From a virus: a stretch of DNA of 64,000 nt. A program made the position numbers and the translations under genes. The stretch lies in IMG/VR virus record IMGVR_UViG_3300039216_000106, positions 721-64,720 of that record. One strand, written 5' to 3'. Below, in pieces: positions 26,615 through 35,429 of this stretch (the first letter of the stretch is position 1; every line of letters begins with the position of its first letter). A model generated the notes under the pieces. It saw only the letters and a program-made list of their open reading frames with translations, had not been told where the DNA came from and did no database searches.

Positions 26615-26789
26615 GCGTAAGGCACGCAATCCCCTCACTCCAGAGCAGAAGAAGGCCATCTGGGCGCCGATTGAAGCCAACGCTGGCGCTGGCTGGCATA
26701 GCTACAATGAGCGCCACGTTGACGGCAGAGATTATGAGAACGGCGGCAAGCCGTTGGCGCCAACAATCGATCTGGACAAACCAGAATGA
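26607..26789 (+). CDS. Hypothetical protein
   Basis: 60-aa ORF overlapping the upstream gene by 8 nt. Confidence 0.4.
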   Translation: MAKRKARNPLTPEQKKAIWAPIEANAGAGWHSYNERHVDGRDYENGGKPLAPTIDLDKPE

Positions 26790-26977
26790 TTCACTTCCGC
26801 CCCGTCCGCCCCGATCCAAGAACCGCCATCGAGCGCATAGCGCAGCGGCGTAAGGTGGAGATTAACGAGGCGTTACGCGAGGCGGTCGAGGAAGATCGAA
26901 AACTGAAGCATGAGCGCGCACTGCTAGAAGCATTTGGCGGCAGGCGTGAAAATGAACCTTGGTACATAGGAGAATAG
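26786..26977 (+). CDS. Hypothetical protein
   Basis: 63 aa with ATGA overlap. Helical and charged. Confidence 0.4.
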   Translation: MIHFRPVRPDPRTAIERIAQRRKVEINEALREAVEEDRKLKHERALLEAFGGRRENEPWYIGE

Positions 26978-26978
26978 C

Positions 26979-27218
26979 ATGACAACAGGATTCGCCAAAG
27001 ACAGGCTTCGTTCGTTTTGCGAACGGGTCGAAAGACTTGAAGAGGAAAAGAAGGCGCTTTCGGATGACATCAAAGAGGTGTTTTTCGAAGCCAAAGGCGA
27101 GGGATTTTTGGTCAAGAATCTCCGCAAGGTGATCCGCGAGCGCAAGATGGACAAAGCCGACTTCCAGGAATTTGAAGCGGTTGACGATCTGTACAAAACC
27201 GCTCTCGGTATGCGGTAA
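26979..27218 (+). CDS. gapR: GapR-like nucleoid-associated protein (DUF2312 / UPF0335)
   Basis: LRSFCERVERLEEEKKALSDDIKEVFFEAKGEGFLVKNLRKVIRERKMDKADFQEFEAVDDLYKTALGM aligns closely with Caulobacter GapR by recollection. Confidence 0.8.
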   Translation: MTTGFAKDRLRSFCERVERLEEEKKALSDDIKEVFFEAKGEGFLVKNLRKVIRERKMDKADFQEFEAVDDLYKTALGMR

Positions 27219-27544
27219 TGCTACCTAAATCCAGCAAGTATCGCGCCATCAAAACCGAAGTTGACGGCATCGTCTTCCCAAGCAAAAAGGAGGCGAAGCG
27301 CTACGGCGAGTTGAAGCTTTTGCAGCGCGCCGGTCGGATCGAAGGTCTGACGTGCCAGCCGAAATACGAGCTTGTCGTGAACGGCAAGAAGGTCGGGCGC
27401 TACACGGCTGATTTTTCTTACTTCGACCGCGACGTGCGGAAGATGGTTGCGGAAGAGGTCAAGGGCTACCACGTCCGCGACTACGCTCTGCGCCGCAACG
27501 TGTTTCGTGCGCTCAACCCAGACATCGAACACCGGGAAATATAG
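27218..27544 (+). CDS. DUF1064-family protein (putative nuclease)
   Basis: Contains SKYRAIKTEVDGIVFPSKKEAKRYGELKLLQRAGRIEGL..QPKYEL, the DUF1064 pattern. Confidence 0.65.
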   Translation: MLPKSSKYRAIKTEVDGIVFPSKKEAKRYGELKLLQRAGRIEGLTCQPKYELVVNGKKVGRYTADFSYFDRDVRKMVAEEVKGYHVRDYALRRNVFRALNPDIEHREI

Positions 27545-27545
27545 A

Positions 27546-27836
27546 ATGGCAACGCCGTGGGGAATTATCCCGTCTGCAAAGGTTTGGATACGTGTCGCGT
27601 CCGAAGAGGCTGTGGCGGCTGGGCTTGACCCGGTGCGGCTCATGGCAGGCGACAAGGCGCGGCCTTATGTGAAGGCGCGCTGGCGGGCATGGGCGCGGCT
27701 GAGAGAAGAAAACCCACGTTACTCGTTAATCGGCATCGGTCGCCGCACCGGCCACGATCACAGCAGCGTCAGATATGGCCTATTACGGCTACGTGGTTTC
27801 AGTTCAGACCAAGTCAAGCGGAGCGCGTTGGCGTGA
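27546..27836 (+). CDS. DnaA domain-IV-like HTH protein
   Basis: YSLIGIGRRTGHDHSSVRYGLLRL resembles the DnaA C-terminal DNA-binding motif (..IG..fgrDHtTV.ha...). Confidence 0.5.
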   Translation: MATPWGIIPSAKVWIRVASEEAVAAGLDPVRLMAGDKARPYVKARWRAWARLREENPRYSLIGIGRRTGHDHSSVRYGLLRLRGFSSDQVKRSALA

Positions 27837-29230
27837 ACGAATATCAAAAGTTTCTCGCACACAAAGCGCAACTCGGTTCCAATGATGGGTTTAAGCCTAT
27901 CGTAATGCCGTCGTTTTTGTTCAACTTTCAACAAGCACTAGTCGAGTGGGCTATCCACAAGGGACGTGGCGCCATCTTTGCCGACTGCGGCATGGGCAAG
28001 ACGCCGATGCAATTGGTATGGGCTGAAAACGTCGTTCGCAAGACGAATAAGCCTGTGTTGATCTTGACGCCGCTGGCCGTCGCACAACAGACCTGCAGAG
28101 AGGCGAAGAAATTCGACATTGAGGCTCATGTTTCGCAAGACGGAACAGTACATCCCGGCATCAACATCGTAAATTATGAGCGCCTACACTACTTTGACCA
28201 ATCCGTTTTTGCTGGCGCCGTATGTGACGAAAGTGCCATTCTCAAATCGTTTGACGGCGCGAGGCGGCAAGAGATAACCGAATTCATGCGGCGGATGCGG
28301 TATCGTCTTCTTTGCACGGCAACGCCATCACCGAACGAATACATCGAGTTGGGAACGAGTAGCGAGGCTCTTGGCTATCTCGGTTACATGGATATGTTGA
28401 GCCGGTTTTTCAAAAACGACCAAGGCAATTCGATCAAGGCTCACATCATCCGGCACAAAGGGAAGTCTTTCCGGGCGTTGGATGAGGGGGCAAAATGGCG
28501 CTTCAAGGGGCACGCCGAAGGTCCGTTCTGGAAATGGGTTTGCTCGTGGGCGCGCGCCATTCGCAAGCCTTCCGACCTCGGATTTGATGACGGCGCATTT
28601 ATTCTCCCGCCGCTGATCGAACGTCAGCACATGGTTGACGCACAATCGCTTCCTGACGGAACTCTGTTTGCGCTTCCCGCTGTTGGCTTACAAGAGCAAC
28701 GTGAGGAGCGGCGGCGCACCATTCAAGAGCGATGTGAAAAGGCCGCGTCCCTGGTCAATAAAACCGGGCGGCCGGCGACTGTGTGGTGCAGCTTGAACGA
28801 CGAAGGAAATCTGCTCGAGAAGTTGATCCCGGATTGCGTACAGGTGAGCGGCGCCGATAGCGACGACGCGAAAGAGGTGAAGTTTCTGGCCTTTGTCGAT
28901 GGTAGCGCGCGGGTACTGGTAACGAAGGAAAAAATCGGTGCATGGGGGCTGAACTTCCAGCACTGCGCACATTCCGTCTCGTTCCCAACCCACTCGTTTG
29001 AAGGATACTACCAAGGCATTCGGCGCTTCTGGCGCTTCGGACAGAAAAACCCCGTCAGATCCGATATTGTTGCGACCGAAGGAGAAAAAAACGTGCTGGA
29101 TAATTTGCAGCGCAAATCAAAGGCTGCGGACAAGATGTTTGCGGGGCTTATCGCATACATGAACGAAGCCCAGGGCGTTGACCGCAGCGTTAAATTCACC
29201 AAGAAAGAGGAGTTTCCGTCGTGGCTATAG
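27833..29230 (+). CDS. SNF2/DEAD-like superfamily-2 helicase
   Basis: GTGA start. Motif I is ADCGMGKTPMQL and motif II is VCDESAILKS. C-terminal helicase motifs include VSFPTHSFEGYYQGIRRFWRFGQ. Confidence 0.8.
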   Translation: MNEYQKFLAHKAQLGSNDGFKPIVMPSFLFNFQQALVEWAIHKGRGAIFADCGMGKTPMQLVWAENVVRKTNKPVLILTPLAVAQQTCREAKKFDIEAHVSQDGTVHPGINIVNYERLHYFDQSVFAGAVCDESAILKSFDGARRQEITEFMRRMRYRLLCTATPSPNEYIELGTSSEALGYLGYMDMLSRFFKNDQGNSIKAHIIRHKGKSFRALDEGAKWRFKGHAEGPFWKWVCSWARAIRKPSDLGFDDGAFILPPLIERQHMVDAQSLPDGTLFALPAVGLQEQREERRRTIQERCEKAASLVNKTGRPATVWCSLNDEGNLLEKLIPDCVQVSGADSDDAKEVKFLAFVDGSARVLVTKEKIGAWGLNFQHCAHSVSFPTHSFEGYYQGIRRFWRFGQKNPVRSDIVATEGEKNVLDNLQRKSKAADKMFAGLIAYMNEAQGVDRSVKFTKKEEFPSWL

Positions 29231-30219
29231 CGAACAGCGACATCACAAATCGGTGGGCCATCTATAACGGTGATTGCATCGAGGTTATGCAGAAAATGCC
29301 AGCGGAAAAAATACACCTGTCGGTCTATTCTCCGCCATTCGGCGGCTTGTTCCAATATTCAAGCTCTGACCGTGACCTGTCAAACTGCCTGGACTACGAC
29401 AAGTTTTTTGAGCATTACGCCTTTGTCGTTCGTGAGTTGGCGCGACTGACTTTGCCGGGGCGTATGACGGCGGTTCACTGCATGGACGTTCCATCCGGCA
29501 ACACTGGAACAGATTACCTTGTCGATTTCCCCGGTGACATCATCCGTCTACACCAAAAAGAGGGGTGGAATTTCGTCGCCCGTTACGCCGTGTGGAAGGA
29601 ACCTCTTGCGGTGCGCAATCGCACAATGGCAAAAAACTTGGCCCACCGATCCTTGGTCGAAGATAGCTCGAGGTGCAGTGTAGCATCCGCCGACTATTTG
29701 CTCGTGTTCCGGCGCAAGGGAAAAAATCCAATCCCCATCACGCACCCCACCGGATTGATGGAATACGCAGGCGAGCGGCGCCCACCAAACGACGTTCTGC
29801 AATGGCGAGGCCATACGGGAAACCAGATCGAAAACCGTTTCTCACATTGGATTTGGCGACAATACGCTTCGGCGTTCTGGGATGACATCCGCATCGGTCG
29901 CGTGCTGCCGTTCCGGGATTCTAAGGATGAGATGGACGAAAAGCACGTCCACCCGTTACAGCTTGACGTGATCGATCGCGTCCTTGTCCTTTGGAGCAAC
30001 CCCGGTGAAACTGTGTTCACGCCTTTTATGGGTGTCGGTTCCGAGGTCTATTCTGCCGTCAGGAACGGCCGGAAGGCGCTTGGCGTCGAATTGAAAGCAA
30101 GCTATTACGAACAGGCTGTTCGCAACATGCGCGCCGTTGATGTTCCAGAGGCAGACCAATCGATATTCGAGTTTGCGGAAGACAAACCGATGGACGAAGA
30201 ACTTGAAATAAAACCGTGA
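29221..30219 (+). CDS. Beta-class N6-adenine or N4-cytosine DNA methyltransferase
   Basis: Motif IV (SVYSPPFGG) precedes motif I (VFTPFMGVGSE), which is the beta-class order. Confidence 0.8.
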   Translation: MAIANSDITNRWAIYNGDCIEVMQKMPAEKIHLSVYSPPFGGLFQYSSSDRDLSNCLDYDKFFEHYAFVVRELARLTLPGRMTAVHCMDVPSGNTGTDYLVDFPGDIIRLHQKEGWNFVARYAVWKEPLAVRNRTMAKNLAHRSLVEDSSRCSVASADYLLVFRRKGKNPIPITHPTGLMEYAGERRPPNDVLQWRGHTGNQIENRFSHWIWRQYASAFWDDIRIGRVLPFRDSKDEMDEKHVHPLQLDVIDRVLVLWSNPGETVFTPFMGVGSEVYSAVRNGRKALGVELKASYYEQAVRNMRAVDVPEADQSIFEFAEDKPMDEELEIKP

Positions 30220-30473
30220 CCACGAACCGCCGCCAGCACATAGCCGAGAAGATCGGCAAAGAGGTAACGGGGTTACGCGGGGCGCTGTTTGTGCATGTCG
30301 ATTATCTGGAGGTTGGCGGCCGGCGCCAGGTTGTCGATGTCCGGGTAAGTGAAAAGCGGAAGGACGGCAGCACCATGGACATCGTTTTGAACGCGGTGAG
30401 CGACACGATCACGCGCATCATCCGGGAGGAAATCAACCCGTCGAATGTGGTCAAGATTGAGGTTAAGCCATGA
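30216..30473 (+). CDS. Hypothetical protein
   Basis: 85 aa with GTGA overlap with the methyltransferase stop. Confidence 0.45.
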   Translation: MTTNRRQHIAEKIGKEVTGLRGALFVHVDYLEVGGRRQVVDVRVSEKRKDGSTMDIVLNAVSDTITRIIREEINPSNVVKIEVKP

Positions 30474-30913
30474 GCCCACGCAATACAATCTGGGGTGAGG
30501 CTCAAGTCTCAACCCTGACGATATTCTGGCCGCACGCCAGCGCGGTTGAAATTGCCGGGATGCTAGGGCCGCAGTTTACCAAAAACGCGGTGATTGGGAA
30601 GGCGTTCCGGCTTGGCCTGCCAAAAATACCGGCCGCCGAGCGCCAGCGGAGGACATCCGAGGGTAGGAAGTCCGATCGGCCGGCCGATGAAACGCCGTGC
30701 GACGAACCAGATCCCCAACAACCCGCCGCGACGGTAACCTACCAGGGCCGCGAAATGCCCGTCTCAGAAGCCCACAGGCTATCAGGCACGGCAATTGCTC
30801 TGTCGGTGGTAAAGCAGCGGCTTGGCATGGGGTGGCCACTCATGCGGGCGCTGACGCACGGATTGGGGTGTCGGAAGGGTAGTTGCTCGGTTCGGCCGTT
30901 GGTGCGGGACTAG
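30470..30913 (+). CDS. GcrA-like protein (N-terminal DNA-binding domain conserved)
   Basis: W.EAQVSTLTIFWPH.ASAVEIAGMLGPQFTKNAVIGKAFRLGL matches the GcrA N-terminal signature (..NAVIGK.HRLGL). Confidence 0.65.
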   Translation: MSPRNTIWGEAQVSTLTIFWPHASAVEIAGMLGPQFTKNAVIGKAFRLGLPKIPAAERQRRTSEGRKSDRPADETPCDEPDPQQPAATVTYQGREMPVSEAHRLSGTAIALSVVKQRLGMGWPLMRALTHGLGCRKGSCSVRPLVRD

Positions 30914-31128
30914 CGGCAGTTTCCGAGCGCGCCAAGGTGGCCAAGGCCGATACCGCCGATTGATCCGGTCAACATGCCAATAAGGACGATCACAACGATC
31001 ACCGCAAAAATGACCCGCACGACCATTCCGAACGGCGCCGGTAGCGGGATTGTTGAGATTGCCCACCAGATGACGGCAAAGATCAGCCCGACGATCAGCA
31101 ATGTTACAAGCAGCGGTACGAGTGCCAT
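30910..31128 (-). CDS. Small multi-TM membrane protein (antisense single-gene insert)
   Basis: 72 aa counted from the ATG at 31128. Almost entirely hydrophobic (MALVPLLVTLLIVGLIFAVIWW...). Confidence 0.45.
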   Translation of the reverse strand: MALVPLLVTLLIVGLIFAVIWWAISTIPLPAPFGMVVRVIFAVIVVIVLIGMLTGSIGGIGLGHLGALGNCR

Positions 31129-31281
31129 GGGTGTGTACCTATGATTTCGTCGGCAGGCTATGCCAGGCGTCGGCCGCATAGCGACGGTTGTTGAGACGAA
31201 GGAGGTGTTAGGTCGGGTTGCTGGTTCACTCCCGTGACTCGGCCCGACCGGCACCCACTCACGGGAGTAATCAACAGAGCT

Positions 31282-31830
31282 ATGAGAAAACACATCGGCT
31301 GTCTCAATGATGAGGCTATTCGAGCGTTAGCTTTTGCTACGGTTGTCAGTCATCTCAAAAAAATAGGCTTTATTTCTAAGGAAAAAACCACTCCTTATGA
31401 GGTTTGCGAGGCCATATATCGACAACTTGGATGGAATTTACCGTCCATCAAACGTCATTGTAATCGTATAATCATACGATATTTGATGCAGGTTATTCCT
31501 CATGAAAGCCGGAAAATAGTAAAGACGTTAACAATCCTTCCTGAAATAAGAACCGTATCGGCTCCAAAACAAGATAGCTTCTACGCGACAGTGGAGTGGA
31601 GGCGCCTCCGCTATAGGGTATTCAAGGAGCGCGGGGCAAAATGCGAACTCTGCCAACAGACTGACGGTCCACTGCATGTAGATCACATAAAACCCAGATC
31701 GCGGTTCCCAGAACTGGCACTCAACGAAGATAACCTCCAGATTCTGTGCGAGGAATGTAATTTAGGCAAAGGAACTTGGGACCAGACAGATTGGCGGCAA
31801 GAATCTAAAAACAAAGAGGCGCGCGAGTGA
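31282..31830 (+). CDS. HNH endonuclease
   Basis: Contains CELCQ....LHVDHIKPRS.....ALNEDNLQILCEECNLGKG. Markedly lower GC (about 40% locally). Confidence 0.75.
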   Translation: MRKHIGCLNDEAIRALAFATVVSHLKKIGFISKEKTTPYEVCEAIYRQLGWNLPSIKRHCNRIIIRYLMQVIPHESRKIVKTLTILPEIRTVSAPKQDSFYATVEWRRLRYRVFKERGAKCELCQQTDGPLHVDHIKPRSRFPELALNEDNLQILCEECNLGKGTWDQTDWRQESKNKEARE

Positions 31831-32834
31831 TGGCCGATCCGCTAACGCCTCCGGGGTGTGATCTTCGGGATTACCCGTACCTCGGGATTGATATTGCGCG
31901 ACTATTCGATTCTGAGTTTCATGCCAAAGCGACCGACGCCGAATGGCGCGCTGGTGTCACTCTTTGGCTTAAGAGTTTTCACCAAGTCCCTGCCGCATCT
32001 CTTCCCGACGATGACGCATCGCTGGCACGCCTAGCCGAATTTGCAAGAGACGTAAAGTCTTGGCGCAAAGTGAAGGATATGGCGTTGTACGGATGGCAGA
32101 AGGCTTCTGACGGCAGACTATACCACCCTGTCGTAGCGGGAAAGGCGCTAGAGGGATGGGTTGAAAAACTTCGCCAACGAAAAAGCAGTGCCGCTGGCAA
32201 CGCGAAGCGTTATGACACTGAATACGATCCACAGCCATTTGACGACGCAATATCGGCCGCCGTGGTGATGCTGGCGACGCTTTCTCCGCACTCCCGACTA
32301 CTACGCAGCCGCGCTCCCACCGGGACACCCACCGGGAATTCCGAAGTCATCCCGCCGGGGTCCCAAGAGAAGGGAAGGGAAGATAAGGAAAGGAAAGTAG
32401 AAGCAGCAACACCCGTAAACCCGAATCTTACAACAGAAGAAAGTAACTTTGTTGTTGTTGATTTTAAGAAAGACGGGACGGGCAGGGATTACGAGCCGGG
32501 GACGGTGACAATTGAAAACCCGCTCGAAAGAGTGAGTATTTTTCAAAGAAAACTTTCAGCATTTATGGGGCACAAGGGATATGAAGTTGTTACAGCATCG
32601 ATGAATTTGGACGATCCTACCCGAGATTACGCTTACGGAATTTGCAAAGAAAACGCTTTGAAGATGGGGGCGAAGGGGATGCCGATCGAGTGGCCAAGGC
32701 TACATTTGGGAAATCCAAAAAACGCGCACGACGTTCTTAAGGCTGCGGCCGAAAAAATGCGCGCAAGAAATTCTAAACCGGTCGCCCGCCGTCTAGGCGC
32801 CGCGTCGCTGGAAACTACGAGGAGTAGCACATGA
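31827..32834 (+). CDS. DUF1376-domain protein (replication-associated in phages)
   Basis: The N-terminus (DYPYLGIDIARLFDSEFHAKATDAEWRAGVTLWLKSFHQ.PAASLPDDD) follows the DUF1376 pattern. Confidence 0.55.
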   Translation: MMADPLTPPGCDLRDYPYLGIDIARLFDSEFHAKATDAEWRAGVTLWLKSFHQVPAASLPDDDASLARLAEFARDVKSWRKVKDMALYGWQKASDGRLYHPVVAGKALEGWVEKLRQRKSSAAGNAKRYDTEYDPQPFDDAISAAVVMLATLSPHSRLLRSRAPTGTPTGNSEVIPPGSQEKGREDKERKVEAATPVNPNLTTEESNFVVVDFKKDGTGRDYEPGTVTIENPLERVSIFQRKLSAFMGHKGYEVVTASMNLDDPTRDYAYGICKENALKMGAKGMPIEWPRLHLGNPKNAHDVLKAAAEKMRARNSKPVARRLGAASLETTRSST

Positions 32835-33052
32835 CTGACCGCGAAGAAAAACTTGAAGCCGCACTTCGCGAAATCGACCAATGGGCGAAAGCATATCCGC
32901 TAGAGATGTTTCCAGAAGTTGATTTGGTGGAGGCTCAAGCCGTCCTTGAACACGCCAACATCAGCATGGGCGCAATGCATGCAAAATGGGCGCGCCATAT
33001 CGTATCCGGTATTGGATCGATTGCGGCCGCCGCGTTGGAAACAGGAAAATAG
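32831..33052 (+). CDS. Hypothetical protein
   Basis: 73 aa with ATGA overlap. Confidence 0.45.
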   Translation: MTDREEKLEAALREIDQWAKAYPLEMFPEVDLVEAQAVLEHANISMGAMHAKWARHIVSGIGSIAAAALETGK

Positions 33053-33056
33053 GGCG

Positions 33057-33299
33057 ATGGTCATTCCTGACAAAGACCTGAAGATAGAAATCACGGAAGA
33101 TCGCCCGAACGGGATGCACACCAGCCCAAATCCGTACTGGATTACGATAACGCACATTCCGTCAATGGCATGTGTACGGGCATATTCCGGCGAAGCGCGT
33201 AGCCAGAACAAGGTGAAAGAGGCGGCCTTACTGTGCCTTGAAATGCTGGTGGATTATTGCGGCGGAGAGTGCGGCTATCCTGAGAGATTGAAGCCATGA
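33057..33299 (+). CDS. Release-factor (RF-1/ArfB) catalytic-domain-like protein lacking the GGQ motif
   Basis: DLKIEITEDRPNGMHTSPNPYWITITHIPSMACVRAYSGEARSQNKVKEAALLCLEML aligns with [47 protein letters not shown] of PrfA. NGM replaces GGQ. Confidence 0.55.
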   Translation: MVIPDKDLKIEITEDRPNGMHTSPNPYWITITHIPSMACVRAYSGEARSQNKVKEAALLCLEMLVDYCGGECGYPERLKP

Positions 33300-34120
33300 G
33301 CGATCTTCTAACGCCAAAAGAGCCGAGACGGAGCTACACGGCTGAGGATGTCAAATCGGCGCTGCGCGATCACTACCCGGCAGCTGAATACGGCATGGCG
33401 TTTGAGGTCGCGCAAGGGACTGGATTTGCGGCGCACCGTCACCTCGACGTGCTGGTTATGAGCCTATGGCCTTCGCGCGGGCTGACCATCATCGGCATTG
33501 AGGTCAAGATTTCACGAGGCGATTGGCGGCGTGAAAAGTCCAATCCTCAGAAGGCGGAAGAGTTGGCGCGCTTCTGTGACTATTTTTTCGTGGCGGCGCC
33601 GAAGGATGTAATACCGGTCGCTGAAGTACCGGAGGGGTGGGGACTGCTAGAGGTCTGTGGCGAGAAAATCAGACAGGCTAAAGCCGCGGCAAAACACCAA
33701 GCCGAGCCTATCGGGCGACCGTTTGTAGCATCGCTATTCCGATCCGCATCGCGGCCGGCCGACAAAGACGACGCAATCAAAACTCGGAAGATCGATGAAC
33801 GGCTGCGCAAGGAATACGACGAACGTGCCAAGCGTGATCTTGTGACGAGGGAGCGCGGCGCCATCGCAGATGCGGAGAAGTGGCGCGAGTTGGTTTCAGG
33901 GCTGGGGCAAACCTATATCGACGTAGCGAGTGTGAAGTCAGCGCTCGCATTGGTGTATAAATCCGGCATCGTTGGGCCATACAATATCGTCGAAAATCTT
34001 CGCAACACGCTTGCGTATATGCTCAAGTGCGCCGACGATGCAATGGCAGCGTTCAAGGCAACGGACGATGTTCCTGCCGCGCCAGGAACACAGGGGAGAC
34101 AGGATGTCACCAAAACTTGA
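33296..34120 (+). CDS. MmcB-like PD-(D/E)XK nuclease-family protein
   Basis: Contains LDVLVMSLWPSRGLTIIGIEVKISRGDWRRE....KAEELARFCDYFFVAAP, a D..(E)VK nuclease core pattern. Confidence 0.55.
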   Translation: MSDLLTPKEPRRSYTAEDVKSALRDHYPAAEYGMAFEVAQGTGFAAHRHLDVLVMSLWPSRGLTIIGIEVKISRGDWRREKSNPQKAEELARFCDYFFVAAPKDVIPVAEVPEGWGLLEVCGEKIRQAKAAAKHQAEPIGRPFVASLFRSASRPADKDDAIKTRKIDERLRKEYDERAKRDLVTRERGAIADAEKWRELVSGLGQTYIDVASVKSALALVYKSGIVGPYNIVENLRNTLAYMLKCADDAMAAFKATDDVPAAPGTQGRQDVTKT

Positions 34121-34277
34121 ACTGGCCCTAGAAGTCCTCGACATGGCCCACGCCGAGCAGCGCAAGGCTGGACGGTCTACCGGTGCCAACGTCGATTACC
34201 ACATGAGAGAGGCGCAGATTTTGCGTGATCGGTCGCGGCGGCTTGCCGCTGAGGCGCACAAGGCTGACGGAGGGTGA
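34104..34277 (+). CDS. Hypothetical small protein
   Basis: 57 aa. GGGGAGACAGG RBS lies before the ATG at 34104. Confidence 0.35.
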   Translation: MSPKLELALEVLDMAHAEQRKAGRSTGANVDYHMREAQILRDRSRRLAAEAHKADGG

Positions 34278-34293
34278 TCGTCGCACTCCCTTT

Positions 34294-34521
34294 CTATCTA
34301 GGCATTCCAAATTCTGCGTCATCCGCACCGAGCGGTTTGTTGCGTCCGTCATCATCAAACGGAATTCCTGCGATGTCAGCAGCAGCGACGAATAGATGTG
34401 ACGCGAATAGTCCGCTCATGTCGTGAAGCTCAACCATGCCGTCGTCGGCCACCAGAACTATTCTATGGACAGGGCCGCCGTTTTGCTCGTGTGCAAAGCG
34501 AACAAGAGTTCCTATTTTCAC
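34294..34521 (-). CDS. Hypothetical protein (inverted island)
   Basis: 75-aa ORF, the last gene of the minus-strand island. Confidence 0.4.
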   Translation of the reverse strand: MKIGTLVRFAHEQNGGPVHRIVLVADDGMVELHDMSGLFASHLFVAAADIAGIPFDDDGRNKPLGADDAEFGMPR

Positions 34522-34539
34522 GTCGGTTTCCCTTCCTAA

Positions 34540-35187
34540 CTATGCGGTCTTAGCCGCTTCGATGTGATCGAGCGCCGCGCGCCCGATGTATTCCGAGTAT
34601 GCGGGTGGGACTGCTTCCCGAAATTTGTCGCGAGGCATCCAGTCAATTCCCATCGCTTCACGCGCCTGATCGACGCCGGAGAAATTTCCGACAACATGCA
34701 TAAAATCCCCAGGCTGCGGGCGGCGCCCCATCTTGCGGACTGGAGCGATATGCGGCGGGTGGGCGGGTTGGTCGATCGGGAACGAGCATTCGAAAATGCG
34801 ATGGCGATACGTCTTTAGGCCAAACATCGCGCCGCAAAGTTCAAGCGGGTTAATGAGTGGCGCACCCGGCACATTTTCAATTACGTGGGGAATATGCGGA
34901 AACCATAACAGGCGGCTGCGCAATTCCTCAATCAAGTCTGGATGTTCGCGACCACGAATGCGCTGTGCGTTGGTGTATGCCTGACACGGAGGGCTCGCCC
35001 AGATAAAATCAAACCCTTGCGGGTCGAAGTCCATGGCGTTGCCTAGTTGAAATTGAAACGGGTAGTGCGGCTGAGGTTCGATGTCGATCCCAACGACTTG
35101 GAAGCCAGCGCGGAATAGGCCCATCGCAGAGCCACCAGCACAGCAAAAAAGATCAAGCGCGCGAGGTTTCACCAAATCGCTCCTCAT
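34540..35187 (-). CDS. Short DNA (cytosine-5) methyltransferase
   Basis: Motif I is LDLFCCAGG, motif IV is ASPPCQAYT, motif VI is VIENVPG and the motif X-like segment is EAVPPAYSEYIG. Only 215 aa. Confidence 0.75.
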   Translation of the reverse strand: MRSDLVKPRALDLFCCAGGSAMGLFRAGFQVVGIDIEPQPHYPFQFQLGNAMDFDPQGFDFIWASPPCQAYTNAQRIRGREHPDLIEELRSRLLWFPHIPHVIENVPGAPLINPLELCGAMFGLKTYRHRIFECSFPIDQPAHPPHIAPVRKMGRRPQPGDFMHVVGNFSGVDQAREAMGIDWMPRDKFREAVPPAYSEYIGRAALDHIEAAKTA

Positions 35188-35429
35188 TTTCTCAGGTGGT
35201 GGGGAAAATAAACGACATAGCCGTGAGCCTTCAGAATCCTCCCAGCCGCCAGAAGCATTTCGTTTTCGGCGTGCTCCTTGACGTAGGCATCGCTCGCCCG
35301 CAAGTCGGCCGCCGCCAGAATCTCGTCTCGTATGTCACGCATCTTTCCGAATGACGGCACGGAGGCGCCTTTCTTAGTGAGTGTTGAGATAACGCAAACC
35401 CTTGGGCGCAAGAGACATAAGTCCGTCAC
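35184..35429 (-). CDS. Hypothetical protein
   Basis: 81-aa ORF. An alternative start at 35342 would remove the overlap with the upstream gene. Confidence 0.35.
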   Translation of the reverse strand: MTDLCLLRPRVCVISTLTKKGASVPSFGKMRDIRDEILAAADLRASDAYVKEHAENEMLLAAGRILKAHGYVVYFPHHLRK

